A stretch of DNA of 64,000 nt from assembly GCF_964355755.1 (NCBI RefSeq), contig NC_092670.1:35886388-35950387 (forward strand), in the 5' to 3' direction. Of this stretch, positions 14,096-28,060 are shown in pieces. Made by a program: the position numbers and the translations under genes. The notes beneath the pieces were generated by a model. The model was not told the origin of the DNA. It did not search any database and worked only from the letters and a program-made list of their open reading frames with translations. Numbering within the stretch: position 1 is the stretch's first letter; each line of letters opens with the position of its first letter. Source of the DNA: Antedon mediterranea (lineage: Eukaryota > Animalia > Echinodermata).

Positions 14096-17000
14096 TTAAA
14101 TACTAATGGCGTTTGGAACTTCACTGGGATGTAAGTAAGTGTAGGCGGATTCTCTCTTGTTGTTTCTTTGTTTTATAGTGTTACCAACCGCTTTCAGGTT
14201 TTCTTGAAATCTATAGAGTGAACAAGAATTATAAAGGTAAAAATAGTAACTTGTAGACAAAGACAAAGAAAGGCTAGATAAGATGCTACTACAGGCTACT
14301 AAATATATATACTTCAGCATACTGAAATAATTATTGAGGAATTATTTTGAAATTTATTTGTGCTTTCGTACAAAACAAATTAAGTTAGAAAAATATACAT
14401 AAGCTTAAGTTGTGCATGCCTCATTTACTCTCTATTCTTAATTCTGGCCCCGAAACCTTGACTCAGAAATACCGGGATGGTGTCCGGCGGGGGATAGTTT
14501 TACCTTAGTTAAACATAGTTAAGCTTAGTTACATTTTTTTTTCACATTATTGATTGTCTCCATCCCCGAAACCTCGACTAAGAAATACCGGAATGGTGTC
14601 CGGCGAGGGATAGTTTATTACCATTAGTTAAGGTCTAATGTAAAGCACCTAGAGGGGTCAGTGATCCATTAGGCGCTATATAAATACTGTTTATTATTAT
14701 TATTATTATTATAATTACTCAAATGACCAATTTTTCGAAAACCACTAGGCAAATAATATAATTAGAAAAAATATAAAATCAACTTGACGCTTTGCTGTTA
14801 CCATGAGTAAATAATAGTGAAATAAAATATATTTTGAACAGCATTGTATACTTAGGCCTACTTTTTGACTGCCTTTGTGCCAATTGGATCATACTGATAG
14901 TTGACCTCAAAGTGACCCAATGAATTGGTTCCTTTGTCACTTAGAAGCTTCGTGACAACCATAACACTCAATGTCTGTTCTTTGTCAGGCAGTGATTTTA
15001 AAACATCTTCTTCCGTTTTTGGTTCCTGAAAAAATATAAACATGAAGTATTTTGGCACTGTGCTAAATACATAACCTAAAAAGAGGGATTTTGTTTTTGT
15101 TTATTTTTTTTTAATGGACCTTATAGTGTGTATTTATTGTAACATGTTGGCATTGTATCTTCATTATGGCCAAAATTGTAGTAGTGAAAAACAGCTGACT
15201 TAGCCTATGAACAATTCTATGACTTACTTTGTTTTTTGGTGGCTCTCCTTTGATATAAGCCGGGTAGTGAGGCGGAAACCCATAATTGTCATACTGGCAA
15301 AAATTTACCGCAGCGTGTACGACGCTGTCTGTGTATATTATACTAGTGACTGTTTGTGCAACTTGCTCCCAGGTTTTAAACGCCCCTTCTCCTGGTATTC
15401 CTTTGATACCAACCCCGCCAGATTTGCATGGCGACGAAAGCATTTTGTGCCATTCCTGTAGCTCATAATCTTTTGATAGTTTTTCTGGTTTGTCTACAAA
15501 TAAAATAAATGTCATTAGCAGAGTTAATTGTCGAATACGATACGACCAGGGAAAGGTTTTCATTGACACAACACCATCACAAAAATAGAAATATTTTGCT
15601 TTTTTTGTTACCTTTCCTGTAATCAAAACGTTATTATAGCTTATAATTACACTTGCAAATCATAATAATTTATTTTTCAAACGATATAGCCTACCCACCG
15701 TAATGTGCACTCACGACTGCGCTGACATATTTTAAAATGGCGTTCCATAGCAACAACGCGTCGTCTCTATAATGGTAGTTTGGTAGCAACTCTGGGTCAA
15801 GTACACCTCGTGATTCTAGCTCTTTAGGAAGAGTTCCGTTGACGTCAAGACGCCATGATTCCCAACTACGTTTTATGATCTCAAACATTCCAACTCGACC
15901 AATCAACATACATCTGTCAACCCAACCATCTTTTGACACAAGTTTTCCTAATCCACGACTAGAAAAAGAAAATAACTAATAGTACTCAAGACTCACCACC
16001 TTAAAAGAAGGACATTTAGACAAGGAGGTAGTTATACTGACCTGTTAATTGCTATAAGGTACAAGAAGTGCGGTGCCATAAGACGGAATAGCGGATGAGA
16101 TTGTGAGAGGCAGTTGTGTGTGGCTATTGTAACGCTTTCAGCAAAAAGATGCGTAAGACCTAAATGCGTTGCAGATTGGTGGTACGACGCGTCAGCGTTG
16201 TTGAACCACATCTTAGCAAACATCCACGTGTATTCGTTGTCTGTTGGAAGAAACACCTGTGGAAAGAACAGATTGATGGAGTTAATATATTGTGAAACTA
16301 TTATTGTCGTCGGTGGTAACAAGTCACGCGTTACAGGTCAGACCTTGTGAAATTAAGCATGGTTTCAGACGGAGTTTTGACTTAATATTATTAAAGAAAT
16401 AAATATTTTGGCAGATACGGATAATGTGTATGTTTTAAACTTGTTCTGTTACCGGATTGTCGTCTGCCTTTTTCTGGAAAAGTTGAATTGCAACTGGTAG
16501 TAAACGTTTTTCTTTGTCGACGAAGAACAACGCCAGAGGACTGCATATCTGTAAAAAGAGAGCGGGTTAGTTTGGATTTTAGTTGGCGATTCTACTTGGC
16601 ACTTTCATATATTATTTTCCATACTGGTGTTCTACAATTCGGTTCATAAGGTGTATTGTAATATTGTTTATTTCTTTGTGTGTGTAGCCGTTTTTACATT
16701 TATTTCATAGTAGGCCTAATTATTTTCTGTGAAATCTTGCCTTTTTCTTGTCTTTGCAAGGAACATCTTCTAGGATTTTATAATCTACAATGAATAATAC
16801 TTTCTTTGCAATAGCTTGTTCGATCGTCATATTTTCAAGTATCGGCTGCAGCATTTCATTTGTAACAGCAAAACTATTAGGAATGAGAAAATGAATAAAT
16901 ATTTGTGTACCATCATATTATATCATATTTATATTAAAATACAAATAATTAACGTTTATCAGTTGAGTTGATATAATAGTTTATCAGTTAAGGAGAGAAA

Positions 17001-19230
17001 AGTTTGAGATAATACACGGCACGTGATACGTAATCAACCAATAAATGCCAAAGATGACGCTTTTCCGACAGTATTCGGTGGTACATTAGAGTTTTTAAAC
17101 CGATAGAAGGAGGATATAATAGATAGAGACAGAGAGGGTAGCCTTACTTTTCTGGAACATGTGTGCATAATTTAATCACCGTCGGGTTGCATCCAGTCAG
17201 ACGCTGCATTCCAAATTCATAATCTGATTTCCAGTGATGCATACCCTGTAGATTAAAAAAAAATGTTTTAATGATAATGATGCGTCTTTGTTTGTGTAAA
17301 CAATAAATATGATGTTTATTGTATGAATAAGATTAGTTAAGATGACTAGCATGTCGGGTATCTGAAGTAAGGTTAGATAAACTGTGTAACTTAATTATTT
17401 TTCCACCTGAAAAAAATAATTCTTAACAAAATGTGTGTTGAATATTCCATTTTAATTTAACATAATAGTTATCCACTTTGACCAACAATTGGATCGGAAA
17501 AAAATATATTTACCTGAAGAAAACTGTAAAAAATGGTCAAATTGGCTGCCAATGAGTTTTCGGTTGAATTTAACCATTTATTTTGTCATTTCATAAGTGA
17601 AAACATTATTTGTTCTTTTTTTTCTAAGGAAGTGATTAAACTACAAAATAACATTCAAAGTCAGATTTAATTAATCTTCATTTTTCATGTTTATCATTCT
17701 TTAAATGTAAATTATTATTATTAGTAATAGTATCATAGGCGTCCCGAATTTCATACTTTTCTGCCCTTTGCATTATTTCGCCTTTCTCGCAATCATGTCA
17801 TTATAGTTGTCATGTGACCTTTATAGTCGTTCAAACCGGTGGTCTGGTAGAGGTACCGGTAGTGAATCTATAAAATGTAGGCCTACAAAATACGTCTCAT
17901 AACGATAGTATACAATTGATGAACTCAAAACATATTATCAATGTAGAACTTACTTTTGGTACAGGTAGAATACTATTATAAACGTTTCCAAGATCATCCA
18001 AGCTTTCCCACGAACCTGAAATAACTCCCTCGATTTTGGCATCAATTAGTAACTTGGCTTTGTTTAGTGTAATATCCCACTGTTAATTTAACATTAATAA
18101 TATAATATAATTATACAGTGAAGCATAATATTGTGGGGTACAATTATTTGGTATAACACAAGTAAGTAAATGTATGGGCCCTTGGAGGACAAACTTAAAC
18201 CTTTAGGTTTAATAGTAGATATGGTATTGCAATACGGCCTTAAGTCATGGAAAAAAGTAAAATGCATTCTTTCACTATATGATCTTTGATCAGTCATAGA
18301 ATTAAACATTGTTATAATGCTTTACTAATTAATACAACGGAATTCTACTATAAAGTAGAACAAAATGTTGAGTAAAGTTAAAGTTAAGTTGAATAAATGA
18401 CTAAAACTTGCCTTATATTCGTTAGAAAAAGACTCATAAACAGGAAATTCCTTCACCTATTTATGATAAGAAAAAATCAAAACTTGTAATTAAACATCCT
18501 ATCTGTGTATCTTGTAGAAATGAACATTTCAACGTAAGTGGTAATTTTCTCGAACCGTAGAAAACTAACTGTATTGTGATTTTTATGTGACGTAAAACTA
18601 AAGTTAATGTTTAGCCTACTTTGTTGTTAAAACATTAGAAGCGTTCCGAGGAAAAGTGCTGAAGTAATCATCTGCATTGAGTTTTATGAGGTAGTAAGCC
18701 TACCATCTTGGACCCGCCTATGTAACAGATCTTACCTGGCACGGCAGTCCATCTCCTTTTTGTGTGAACGCATACAGCTTCTTTTTAATCTGCAATTCCA
18801 ATTTCCGTTGATGTTGGAATTTATCATTTTGCGGCAATACACAATCATATTGTTGTAGCTTCAGTCTATGTTTTGACGTTACCCATCGATGTACTGGGAA
18901 TACGTACACCTTCTGAGTATGCTTATCCATTATTTTAATCAATTCTACAAACCAAGTATCCAGACCATCTCCGCCATCACGCCACACCTCAAGCTCTGTT
19001 ATTTCACCGAAGCTTTTAAGGTTTTTCACGGGAAACTTGTCACTTTTGCCCGCTTCGAAGTCATCGTGCCAAGCTACATCGAGGCTTATTTCTCTAGATT
19101 TAAGCCCAGTGGCATTTACAAGAATAACGTAAACATTTGCGTTTGTTCCCGCTCCTTTATAATCGCCTGTTTTCACGACTACTGTGTAGTTTGTTCCATC
19201 ATCAGAGGGCGACGACGGTACACACCCCAT
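14096..19230 (-). CDS. Lipoxygenase LOX3, 11 exons, 670 aa (Gly at stereo-determinant; two GC-AG introns)
   Basis: Exons 19230-18736, 18456-18412, 18079-17954, 17245-17148, 16873-16741, 16548-16453, 16256-16042, 15958-15699, 15493-15228, 15025-14862, 14210-14096 (2013 nt). Motifs HQSATHLGLTHL, HAAVNF, PNAISI. Confidence 0.94.
14446..14712 (+). mobile_element. SINE/L2-type 3' portion with internal duplication and (TTA)n tail
   Basis: Two copies of ccccgaaacct.gact.agaaataccgg.atggtgtccggcg.gggatagttt, then tgtaaagcacctagag...aggcgctatataaatactgtt(tta)n, typical of L2-related tails. Confidence 0.6.
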
Positions 19231-20065
19231 ACTGAAACAAAATTCACCTAGTTCAATATTGACTCTTTCAAACTCTTTAATCAAAATGTCAAATAATTTT
19301 AAAAACTACCGATATACAACCCGATCAAACGCGATTAATAACAGTCGTTATTAATCCGATTAGTAATTTTCAAATAGTAAAATGTCTACGGTCCAGACCG
19401 AATATAGTTTCTAAATGTGTAGTATATACCAGCCGACACAATTTTGTATTACCAACAATTCCTATGATACTTCGGAAATAGATATTATGTGGAGATACAG
19501 CACTGGGAATCGGGTGCAGATATAGGCCTACAGATAATTAACTATCTACCGGATTTCGTTTTTTAAAAAAACCCAAAACACGGAGATCTCTATGTTTAGC
19601 AGTCTAGCTTTGTTTTTGCAAACATCGAGATCTCCGTCAAAGTACAAATTTAGACAAATGTAATGTTAATGACCAGGAATTAGTTATATATCTCCCTTCT
19701 TTATTTGTCTTGGTAGTTAATATTATAATCAAGACACACTTACTTTATCGGATAAACGTGATCCTAATGTTATGTCGCAGCAGTGACTATACTGTACTAT
19801 GATTAAGAAGACGGAATCCAATACACATGTGTACGGCTGGATATATCTCTTTTAAATATCTAGACATATGCTAGATACCAGTAACATAAACCATGTTTAA
19901 ATAAATAATAAATACTTATATATACCATGGACATTATGAACCGTTGAGGTTAAGTTCATACAGTAACTCCTATTAGTGTCCACTTAATAGGTTATCACCT
20001 GAATATAGGTTGACTGTAATGTTAAAACATACAGTTTATTTCAGGGGACCGGGGGAATGTCTTTC

Positions 20066-20181
20066 TAAAGCGTAAACGCAACGCAAGCGTTTTAACCAAT
20101 GACAAGTGAAGTTATATACAGTTAGCAATCACAAGCGAATAAGCCATCGCTTGTGATTTGTCAGTTCACTTGCGTTGCGTA
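20066..20181. mobile_element. Truncated MITE family A copy; a further diverged copy at ~20670-20826
   Basis: Core acgcaagcgttttaaccaatgacaag...aagccatcgcttgtgatt...cacttgcgttgcgt is nearly identical to 5530-5630. Confidence 0.8.
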
Positions 20182-21173
20182 GGTTGACCCAATGTTGTCG
20201 CTAATGCTTGTGGCACAGGAACCAAAACGCCTCCTAGAAAATTACACAAGGTCCTAGTATGATAATGCTGTCAATATATTTATCTGATTGGAATACAATT
20301 AGTGGAAAATTTAGCTCGCATAATGTGGTCCAAATATTGTGAATTTAAAAAACCTTACCAACAAACGTATCTATATGTAACCACTGTATTATGTTATCTT
20401 TATTATATTTACATTTCAAAACGTCAAAGTAGTATAATTTACGACACAGCCAACTTATTATTAAAAGCAGGTACAAAAACTAATTATTATAACATATATA
20501 AATTAATTATTGTATAATTATTTAGAATATTGTAGTCAATATAAAAATGTAATATAGATATAATTGTTTATAAAAAAAATGCGTAGAGCAACAAATTAGT
20601 TGAGAAAAATCTTAGTTTTGTTCTTTGATGCTTCGACCGGCTTCTGTTGGTTGGTTCTGTACGTTGTGGACAGCCATGGTTGTAACGATTACGCAATGCA
20701 AGGACTAGGCACAACGCAAGTGTATTTACCAATTACAGCCACAGTTAGATGATCCGTCTTCGCTTCATGATTGATCAACTTAATTGCGATGCGCGTACGA
20801 CGTGTGGAAACAAACTCAAAGCTTTAATCAATCAATCAAAGTAACATTTATTTTTAGTTCATAATAATAAATTAACAATACATTGATTAAACTAAGAGGA
20901 CAAAATCCCCCAAAAATCAATGCTACTGTAGTGTGAGGAAGCCCATGAAACTAAAAAAGAAAACTTTGTGAATTGTGTTGTAACGAAAAATGTTAGTTCC
21001 AAGTACCGAAAAATTTAAAAAACAGAGTGTCCTGTAGTTTTATAGCCTTTACCATCAACATTCTAGTTCAAAACCATTGTTTTAACTGCTATGCCTTTCC
21101 CATTTTATCATCAAGTACTTAATGTATATTTATGAACTGTCTATCATTCTGTACTGTTCTATTTTCTATACAG

Positions 21174-24100
21174 TTATATACTAATTGCGTTAGGAACTTC
21201 ACTTGGATGCAAGTAAGGATAATTGGTCTCTCTCTTAGTGTTTCTTTTGGTAATAACATCACCAATCTCTTTCAGATCCTCGCAAAATCTGAAAAATCAA
21301 TTTATTTGTATAATTGTTAATAGTAAATAATATGAAACATTAATAAAAACATAAACGCTGGGTGGCGCTATTGAAATGATATCAGATACATTCTACAGCA
21401 TACTAAAATTATCACCTGACTTGCTCATGTAGGAGCACGGGTAACGTGGACCACATAATGCAACTTCTTCAGTAATCATAAAAACGTGGCGAAACAAACA
21501 TTATTTTATATTACCACTGGATAGAACTTACTGTTTTACTGCTTTTGTTCCAATTGGATCATACTGATAGTGAATCTCAAAATCACCCAAAGGATTGGTT
21601 CCTCTGTCACTAAGAAGCTTTGTCACAACCATTATGCTCAGAGTCTTCTCTTTGTCAGGCAGTGACTTCAGCACATCTTCTTCCGTCTTTGCATCCTGAA
21701 ACAGAGGTAAATGTAATGAGCACAGTAAATGGAGAGTGTGGTAAATCAGTGGTTCGACAGACTTTATTGTTCATATGAAGAAGTTTATATATTATGGAAC
21801 AGAAACTTACAACCACTCAAAGAGCAATGGAGAGAAAGATGAGGAACGTATCGCTTTGAGCCAGGGTAAATCATACAATCATAAGAAAAAACACAGGTGT
21901 TACAGATATAATGGAGACAGTCAAAATGGAGATGGGCTGGGCATGTGGCAAGATTTTAAGATAATATGATGGACATACAGATAAACAGAATGGCAACCAA
22001 GGGTAGGAAAGAGGAAAAGAGGAAGACAAAAAAGAAGGTGGAGAGATGATCTAACAACATACATTGGAACGGCTGCATGGACTAGGACAGCAAGAATTAG
22101 ACAGAAATGGAAACGTTATGAGGATGGCTTCATTCAACATATGGATGAACTAATGCCTAGATAGATAGATAGATAGATAGAGATAGATAGATATATTATG
22201 CCTACCCCGATGATATATTGTGATTCTATAAAGTTAATTTTCAAGACGACTGCTCTCTTAAATCGCAGTCTTATTAACTGTAAATAGATCCAGAGACAGA
22301 CTAAACATTGGTTGAACTGCTCACCTATTGTTGACCTTACCTTGTTTATGGGTGGATCGCCTTTTATAAAAGAAGGATAATGTGGCGGGAAACCATAATT
22401 GTCATATTGGCCAAAATTGGCTGCGGCGTGTGAGACGCTGCTTGTGAAGATTATACTGGTGACTGTTTGTGCAACTTGCTCCCAGGTTTTAAACGCCCCA
22501 TCTCCTGGTATTCCTTTGATACCAACCCCGCCAGTTTTGTATGGCGTAGAAAGCATCTTGTGCCATTCTTGTACTTCATAATCGTTTGATAGTTTTTCTG
22601 GTGCATCTAAAAATAGAAGGAAACCATTGAGTAGTCAGTCAACAACGGTTAAAAGGTTAGAGGTCATTCATCATGTTTCACCATCATAATACGTTTCTTT
22701 GTTCTACCCAAAGTCCATAACCTCGTCATTTCCACCGATTCTAAATCGCCATTCCAAACTTTCTATGTACATACTATAGGCAACAATGATACCATTGATT
22801 CAATAACACTATGATCATCACCGTTTCTCCCCTCATCACCCCTGGAGGCCTGTAGATACTCACCATAATGGGCACTCACGACTGTGTTGACGTATTTCGA
22901 AATGACGTTCCATAGTAGCAACGCGTCGTCTCTATAATGATAGTTTGGTAGCAACTCTGGGTCATGGACACCTCGAGACTCTAGCTCTTTGGGAAGTGTA
23001 CCAGTGACGTCAAGACGCCACGAGCTCCAACAACGTTTCATGATCTCAAACATACCAATCCGACCAATCAACATACATCTGTCAACCCATCCATCTTTTG
23101 ACACAAGCTTCCCTAACGCACGACTTAAAAGAGACAAAATATTTTGTATTTTTGAATACTGTATTGCAAGACTTCAAAAACAAGTAAAATTGACCGATGA
23201 TCCGAATAACGAAGAAAACATACTGTATCATGAACATGTAGTGAAGAGTGCGTGATCGAGTCTCGGGGTTCAGGACGACACATTATTGTTCTGTTTCCCT
23301 GTTTCACATTGTCGAATCTTAGCTATATACTGAATCATTACTCACCTGTTAATTGCTATGAGGTATAAGAAGTGTGGTGCCATAAGACGGAATAGCGGAT
23401 GAGATGTCGAGAGGCAAATATGTGTAGCTATGGTAACGCTTTCAATGAGAAGATGCGTGAAGCCTAAATGCGTCGTCGACTGATGAAATGACGCATCAGC
23501 GTTGTTGAACCACATCTTGGCAAACATCCAAGTGTATTGATTGTCTGTTGGTAGGAAGACCTGTGAAAGAAATTAAATTACAAATAAAGTTATTTTTGCC
23601 TATAAAAAATGTTACTGACAATGCAGTCACCATGGTTTGTTTGCCCAAATGTAGTCTCGGTTCAAAACGGAGTTTTGACTTAATATTAGTTAAAAGATAA
23701 ATATTTTGGCACATATGGCGTTTCATATGTGTACTACTTGAGCTTGTAATTCAGACGAACATCGAAAAGCCTCGAAATAGCTACAGACTTTGGCCAAGTC
23801 TAGCCAAAATACGGCATGGCGATGGTCAGGCAAAATTGAATTTACCAGACGTAGGCTAAACATATTAATGATTCTTACTAAGAAACGTTTACTAAGACTA
23901 AAGACAATGTTTATACGAGATTAAAATTACAAAGTTTGTCCTTATTACCGGATTGTCGTCTGATTTTTGCTGAAAAAGTTGAATTGCAACTGGCAGTAGC
24001 TGTTTATCTTTGTTGACAAAGAATAAAGCTAAAGGACTGCATATCTGGAAGAAAGGCATGACACATTTTAAAGCAAAATATGCATATAAATAGTAGAACT

Positions 24101-27100
24101 TAATGTACAAATACAATAATATTAACCACGTTCGGTATAACCTACCTTTCTATTATCGGTGCAAGGAAGATCTGCGGCCACTTTATAATCTACAATGAAT
24201 AATGCTTTCTTTGCAATAGCTTGTTCTATTGTCATATGTTCAAGTATCGGCTGCAGCATTTCATTTGTAACAGCAAAACTAGAGTTAAAAAAATAGAACA
24301 AAACAAAATAACACAAAAGCATTATAAAGTGTATTGCGATAATGTTTTTATTTAAAAGTAGTTTTTAACAAAGAAGTTTTCTTACTTTTCTGGAACATGT
24401 GTGCATAGTTTAATCACTGTCGGGTTGCATCCAGTCAGACGCTGCATGCCAAATTCATAATCTGATTTCCAGTGATGCATACCCTGTAGAATAAAAACAT
24501 AATTATTAGTTAAGATCTATAAAATGTGGATCCAAATAGTTGGCCATCCCCACCCTTTTTCGATAATAAATACAATGCAATAGACCTAAGTAAATTTCAG
24601 GACTTTACCATACAACGTGTCAACCATGGAAGTCTTATGTTTAAGACATGGGCCCCCCCTTATCCGCCAATGATTCTCAAAAGATATTATGCCTATCTAA
24701 TTTAATCCTCTAAATATTATTGTAATGGTATCCATAGGATGTAGGATTCTGTCAGAAGACGCGATACCGCATGGAGTTTATTGTAGCCATTAAATACCAC
24801 TCGTGTATGGAATTAAGAAGGTGGTGTAACGTAAGAACTTACGATAGAAACACCGAAAATCACGTGAATACATGTGTATTTGGCCCTTTCAGAGCATCCC
24901 AATGTTCCTTTTTTTATTTTCTCCTTTTACGTGCATGTTGCAACGATGACTTGCCATTCATATTAAATAACTTTATAATCAATACTAGTTTTCTTGTATT
25001 TGTTTATCGGGCTCACATGTGTCAAAAAGTAATTGTAGCACGCAAACAGAATGTTTACTCGTGTAGCGATTTAAAGTTCCTTGTGAGGAACGGGTATGCA
25101 CAGTATGTACTAATGTATCACTCTCCAAATGTATTGTATGTGCATATGGATTATGTCAAGTGCACCTATCTAATGTTCATGGTAATGTATAACACTATAT
25201 ATACTATGTGTATTATAGCGCATATACTGTGAATAAAATATCTCATTGGAGAGAACAAGAAAAAACACCGAAAAGGGAAGGGTAGCACGCAAACAGAATG
25301 TTTACTCGTGTAGCGATTTAAACGTTTTGTGATAGAGAATTGCATCAAGATGATTTGATGGTCATGGACTGAGAGGCAGGTGGCACTTACCCTTGGCACC
25401 GGAAGCAGTTTGTTATAAACATTTCCCAGATCATCTAAGCTTTTCCAAGATCCGGTAATAACACCGACGATTTTGGCATTCACTAGTAGTTTTGCTTTAT
25501 TTAGAACAATATCCCACTGTAATTAAATAATATTACATTAATTAACTTAAACCAAGTAACATTGTCATTTTTCGTAAAGGTTTTTGAACAAGACGGGTAA
25601 TTGTTAAAGACGTATTGTCTCCCAAACATGAAAAATGAAGATATTTAAAGGCCAGGTGCGGGCAAAAAAATCCTATTGATCATATATTCCAATAATTATC
25701 GATCTATAGTTTCCCCTATGTTTCATAATTTTTAGGATTTTATTTGTGTTACAGGAGTTTTTTGAAAATTAGCAGTTTCATATCAGTTTGATAGTTCAAA
25801 TTACACAGTAAAATCTCTATTCTTTTGTACACAAATTTTGAAAATAGAGAAGCATTTTAAAAATAAAAAAAATAAAAAAATAAACGGTGTGGTAAAAAAT
25901 GTTATCAGATGACTAAATACAGTAGGTAATATAACTTGAATTTTACATTTCTGGTATTTTATTCAACAGAATTTTATTTTTATGCTATAGCAAAAATTAT
26001 CCACTGTATATCCACCATCTTTTCTTTACCTTCTAGGGAGTCACCAGACATGTTATTACAGTATGTTAACTACCTAACTACTGAAAAAAAGTCTTCCTTG
26101 TTTTTTTGGCAGAATTTTGCCAAATTTTGTATTTGACCATATTAGGGGAAATTCATGGTTTTTCATCTTGATTTCTGTCACAAATATTTGATTTATGTAC
26201 AATTAACCAGATATTATATTTAAAATTCATGCCTGTATCTGAGCTTTAAATAATACTTTGAATAGGTTATTTTGTAGTTTTAATAAAGTTAATCACTCCA
26301 CTATAAAATAAATAAGAAAAAAATGTTTTCACTTATAAAATAACAAAATAAATGGTTAAATGAAATGGCATATCAGCCAAAAATGTTTTAAGAATTATTT
26401 TTTCAGGAGGACAATACATCTTTAACACAGAAGTGATAGTTGCTTTCCTTCGTAAAAGTTATTGAATAGGAAAGGTTGTTGTAAGTGTTTGGAATAGCTA
26501 CCTTATAGTCATTTGAGAACGACTCGTCATCCGGGCATTCCTTTATCTGTAAGCAAGGAAAGAGTTATTAGGAGTTATTAGGAGTTTAACAAACTGCAAT
26601 CAACTAAAGCATATTGAGAAAGTTTAACTGTGAGACACATGTTTTCTGTACCGTTTTGTTTAGATTAAAATACATTTGAAATATGAAAGTCTTTTTGAAA
26701 CCAAGACATTCCTGGAAAGAATATTACTGTATATTAAAACACGTCATTTACATTTTGACAAGACATTTATTTATTTATACAAAACATACTGTAGTGACGG
26801 TGCAGTAATTATGTTTTGAGTAAATGATTTTGCTTAAGTTAGTTTTTTGAAATAAACTAAACACATAATAATTATAAATAATATTTACGTATCCTATTTT
26901 TAGAAATCTTAAAACGAAGATAAAAATAAATCGTTTGATAAATCATCTTCAGTTTTCAATTAAGCAAAATTTATTAGTTTTTTTGTAAATTCCAGTTCAG
27001 ACCTTTTGTGAATATTATAATCAGTACTCTATTACCTGGCATGGTAGACCTTCTCCTTTCTGTGTGAATTCATATAGTTGTTTCTTTTTCTCCAATTCCA

Positions 27101-27533
27101 ATTTCCGTTGATTTTGGAACTTATCATATTGCGGCAATACACAATCATACTGTTGTAGTTTTAGTTTGTTCGTCGTCACCCAACGATGGACCGGGAAAAT
27201 GTAAACCTTTCTGGTATGATTAACCCGAACCTCAATCCATTCTACAAACCACTTATCAAGAGATTTGTTTCCATCACGCCAGACTTCTATCTCGTTTATT
27301 TCACCAAAATGTGTGAGGTTTTTTATAGGGAACTTGTTTGTTTTTCCCGCTTCAAAATCGTTACGCCAAAACACATCTAAGTTTAAATCTCTGGATCTCT
27401 CTCCTTTTGTATTCACAAGAACCACGTATACATTTGCGTTTGTTCCCGCTCCTTTGTAGTCGCCTGTTTTCACAACGATTGTGTAATGTGTCGAGGAATC
27501 GGCCTCGGAAGATGCCGATGTTGAACATCCCAT
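21174..27533 (-). CDS. Lipoxygenase LOX4, 11 exons, 671 aa (Ala at stereo-determinant, predicted S-type)
   Basis: Exons 27533-27036, 26546-26502, 25516-25391, 24483-24386, 24278-24146, 24044-23949, 23560-23346, 23123-22864, 22606-22341, 21695-21532, 21288-21174 (2016 nt). Motifs HQSTTHLGFTHL, HAAANF, PNAISI. Confidence 0.95.
21795..22193 (+). mobile_element. 5'-truncated RTE-clade LINE (C-terminus of ORF plus (TAGA)n tail), antisense in LOX4 intron 9
   Basis: Broken reading frame KLTTTQRAMERKM...WAGHVAR...TEWQPRVGKRKRGRQKRRWRDDL...WTRTARIRQKWKRYEDGFIQ, followed by a TAGA microsatellite. Confidence 0.88.
25608..26421. mobile_element. TTAA-flanked non-autonomous DNA transposon (Kolobok-like)
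   Basis: ttaa|agacgtattgtctc...gaggacaatacatct|ttaa; same termini as 33622-34172. Confidence 0.7.
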
Positions 27534-28060
27534 TCTGGTTGTATGCAAAGACAAAATACCAATACTTTGAATAAGTTAATACTCATTTAGATTGAGTGTC
27601 AGACTAATTGTTGTTAACAGGTGCTTTAAACATGCTTGTAAAACTTAATAATTAATACGATATAGATTTAATTAGTTAACTGAACATCGCCAATATTAAT
27701 AATATTTGAAAACAAAATAATATGTTACTATGTTAGAGTTACTCGTATGTCTTTATGTAAAATTAAAGAACGAAATCATGAACTTTTAACAACATAAATT
27801 GATATGGAACGAACTATTTAAGCAGTAAATATGCTTTTAATGGTATTGTTGAATACAGACTAAATAAAAGTGTTTCCTTCCTTGAATTTTATTTAGTGAT
27901 TATTTACTTTTCCGTGTAGCTCTCCACGATGTTGCTGGTTGTTCAGTTCACATACTTTATGTTCAGTTCCATGAGTTCATGTTGAGGTTGAAACATACTA
28001 AATGACGTTTTAGTTGGTTTTTTTTGGCGTATAAACACAATACTAATTTACAATAGGCCT

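Noticed and set aside
19492-19516. agatacagcactgggaat.gggtg shared with 62493-62517 as a LOX/GH3 co-regulatory element
   Set aside because: The second copy is intronic and it is absent from the other paralogs; more likely a short dispersed repeat.
24771-25232. 153-aa plus-strand ORF
   Set aside because: Intronic, low-complexity TATG-rich sequence with a 40-bp duplication; no recognisable protein features.
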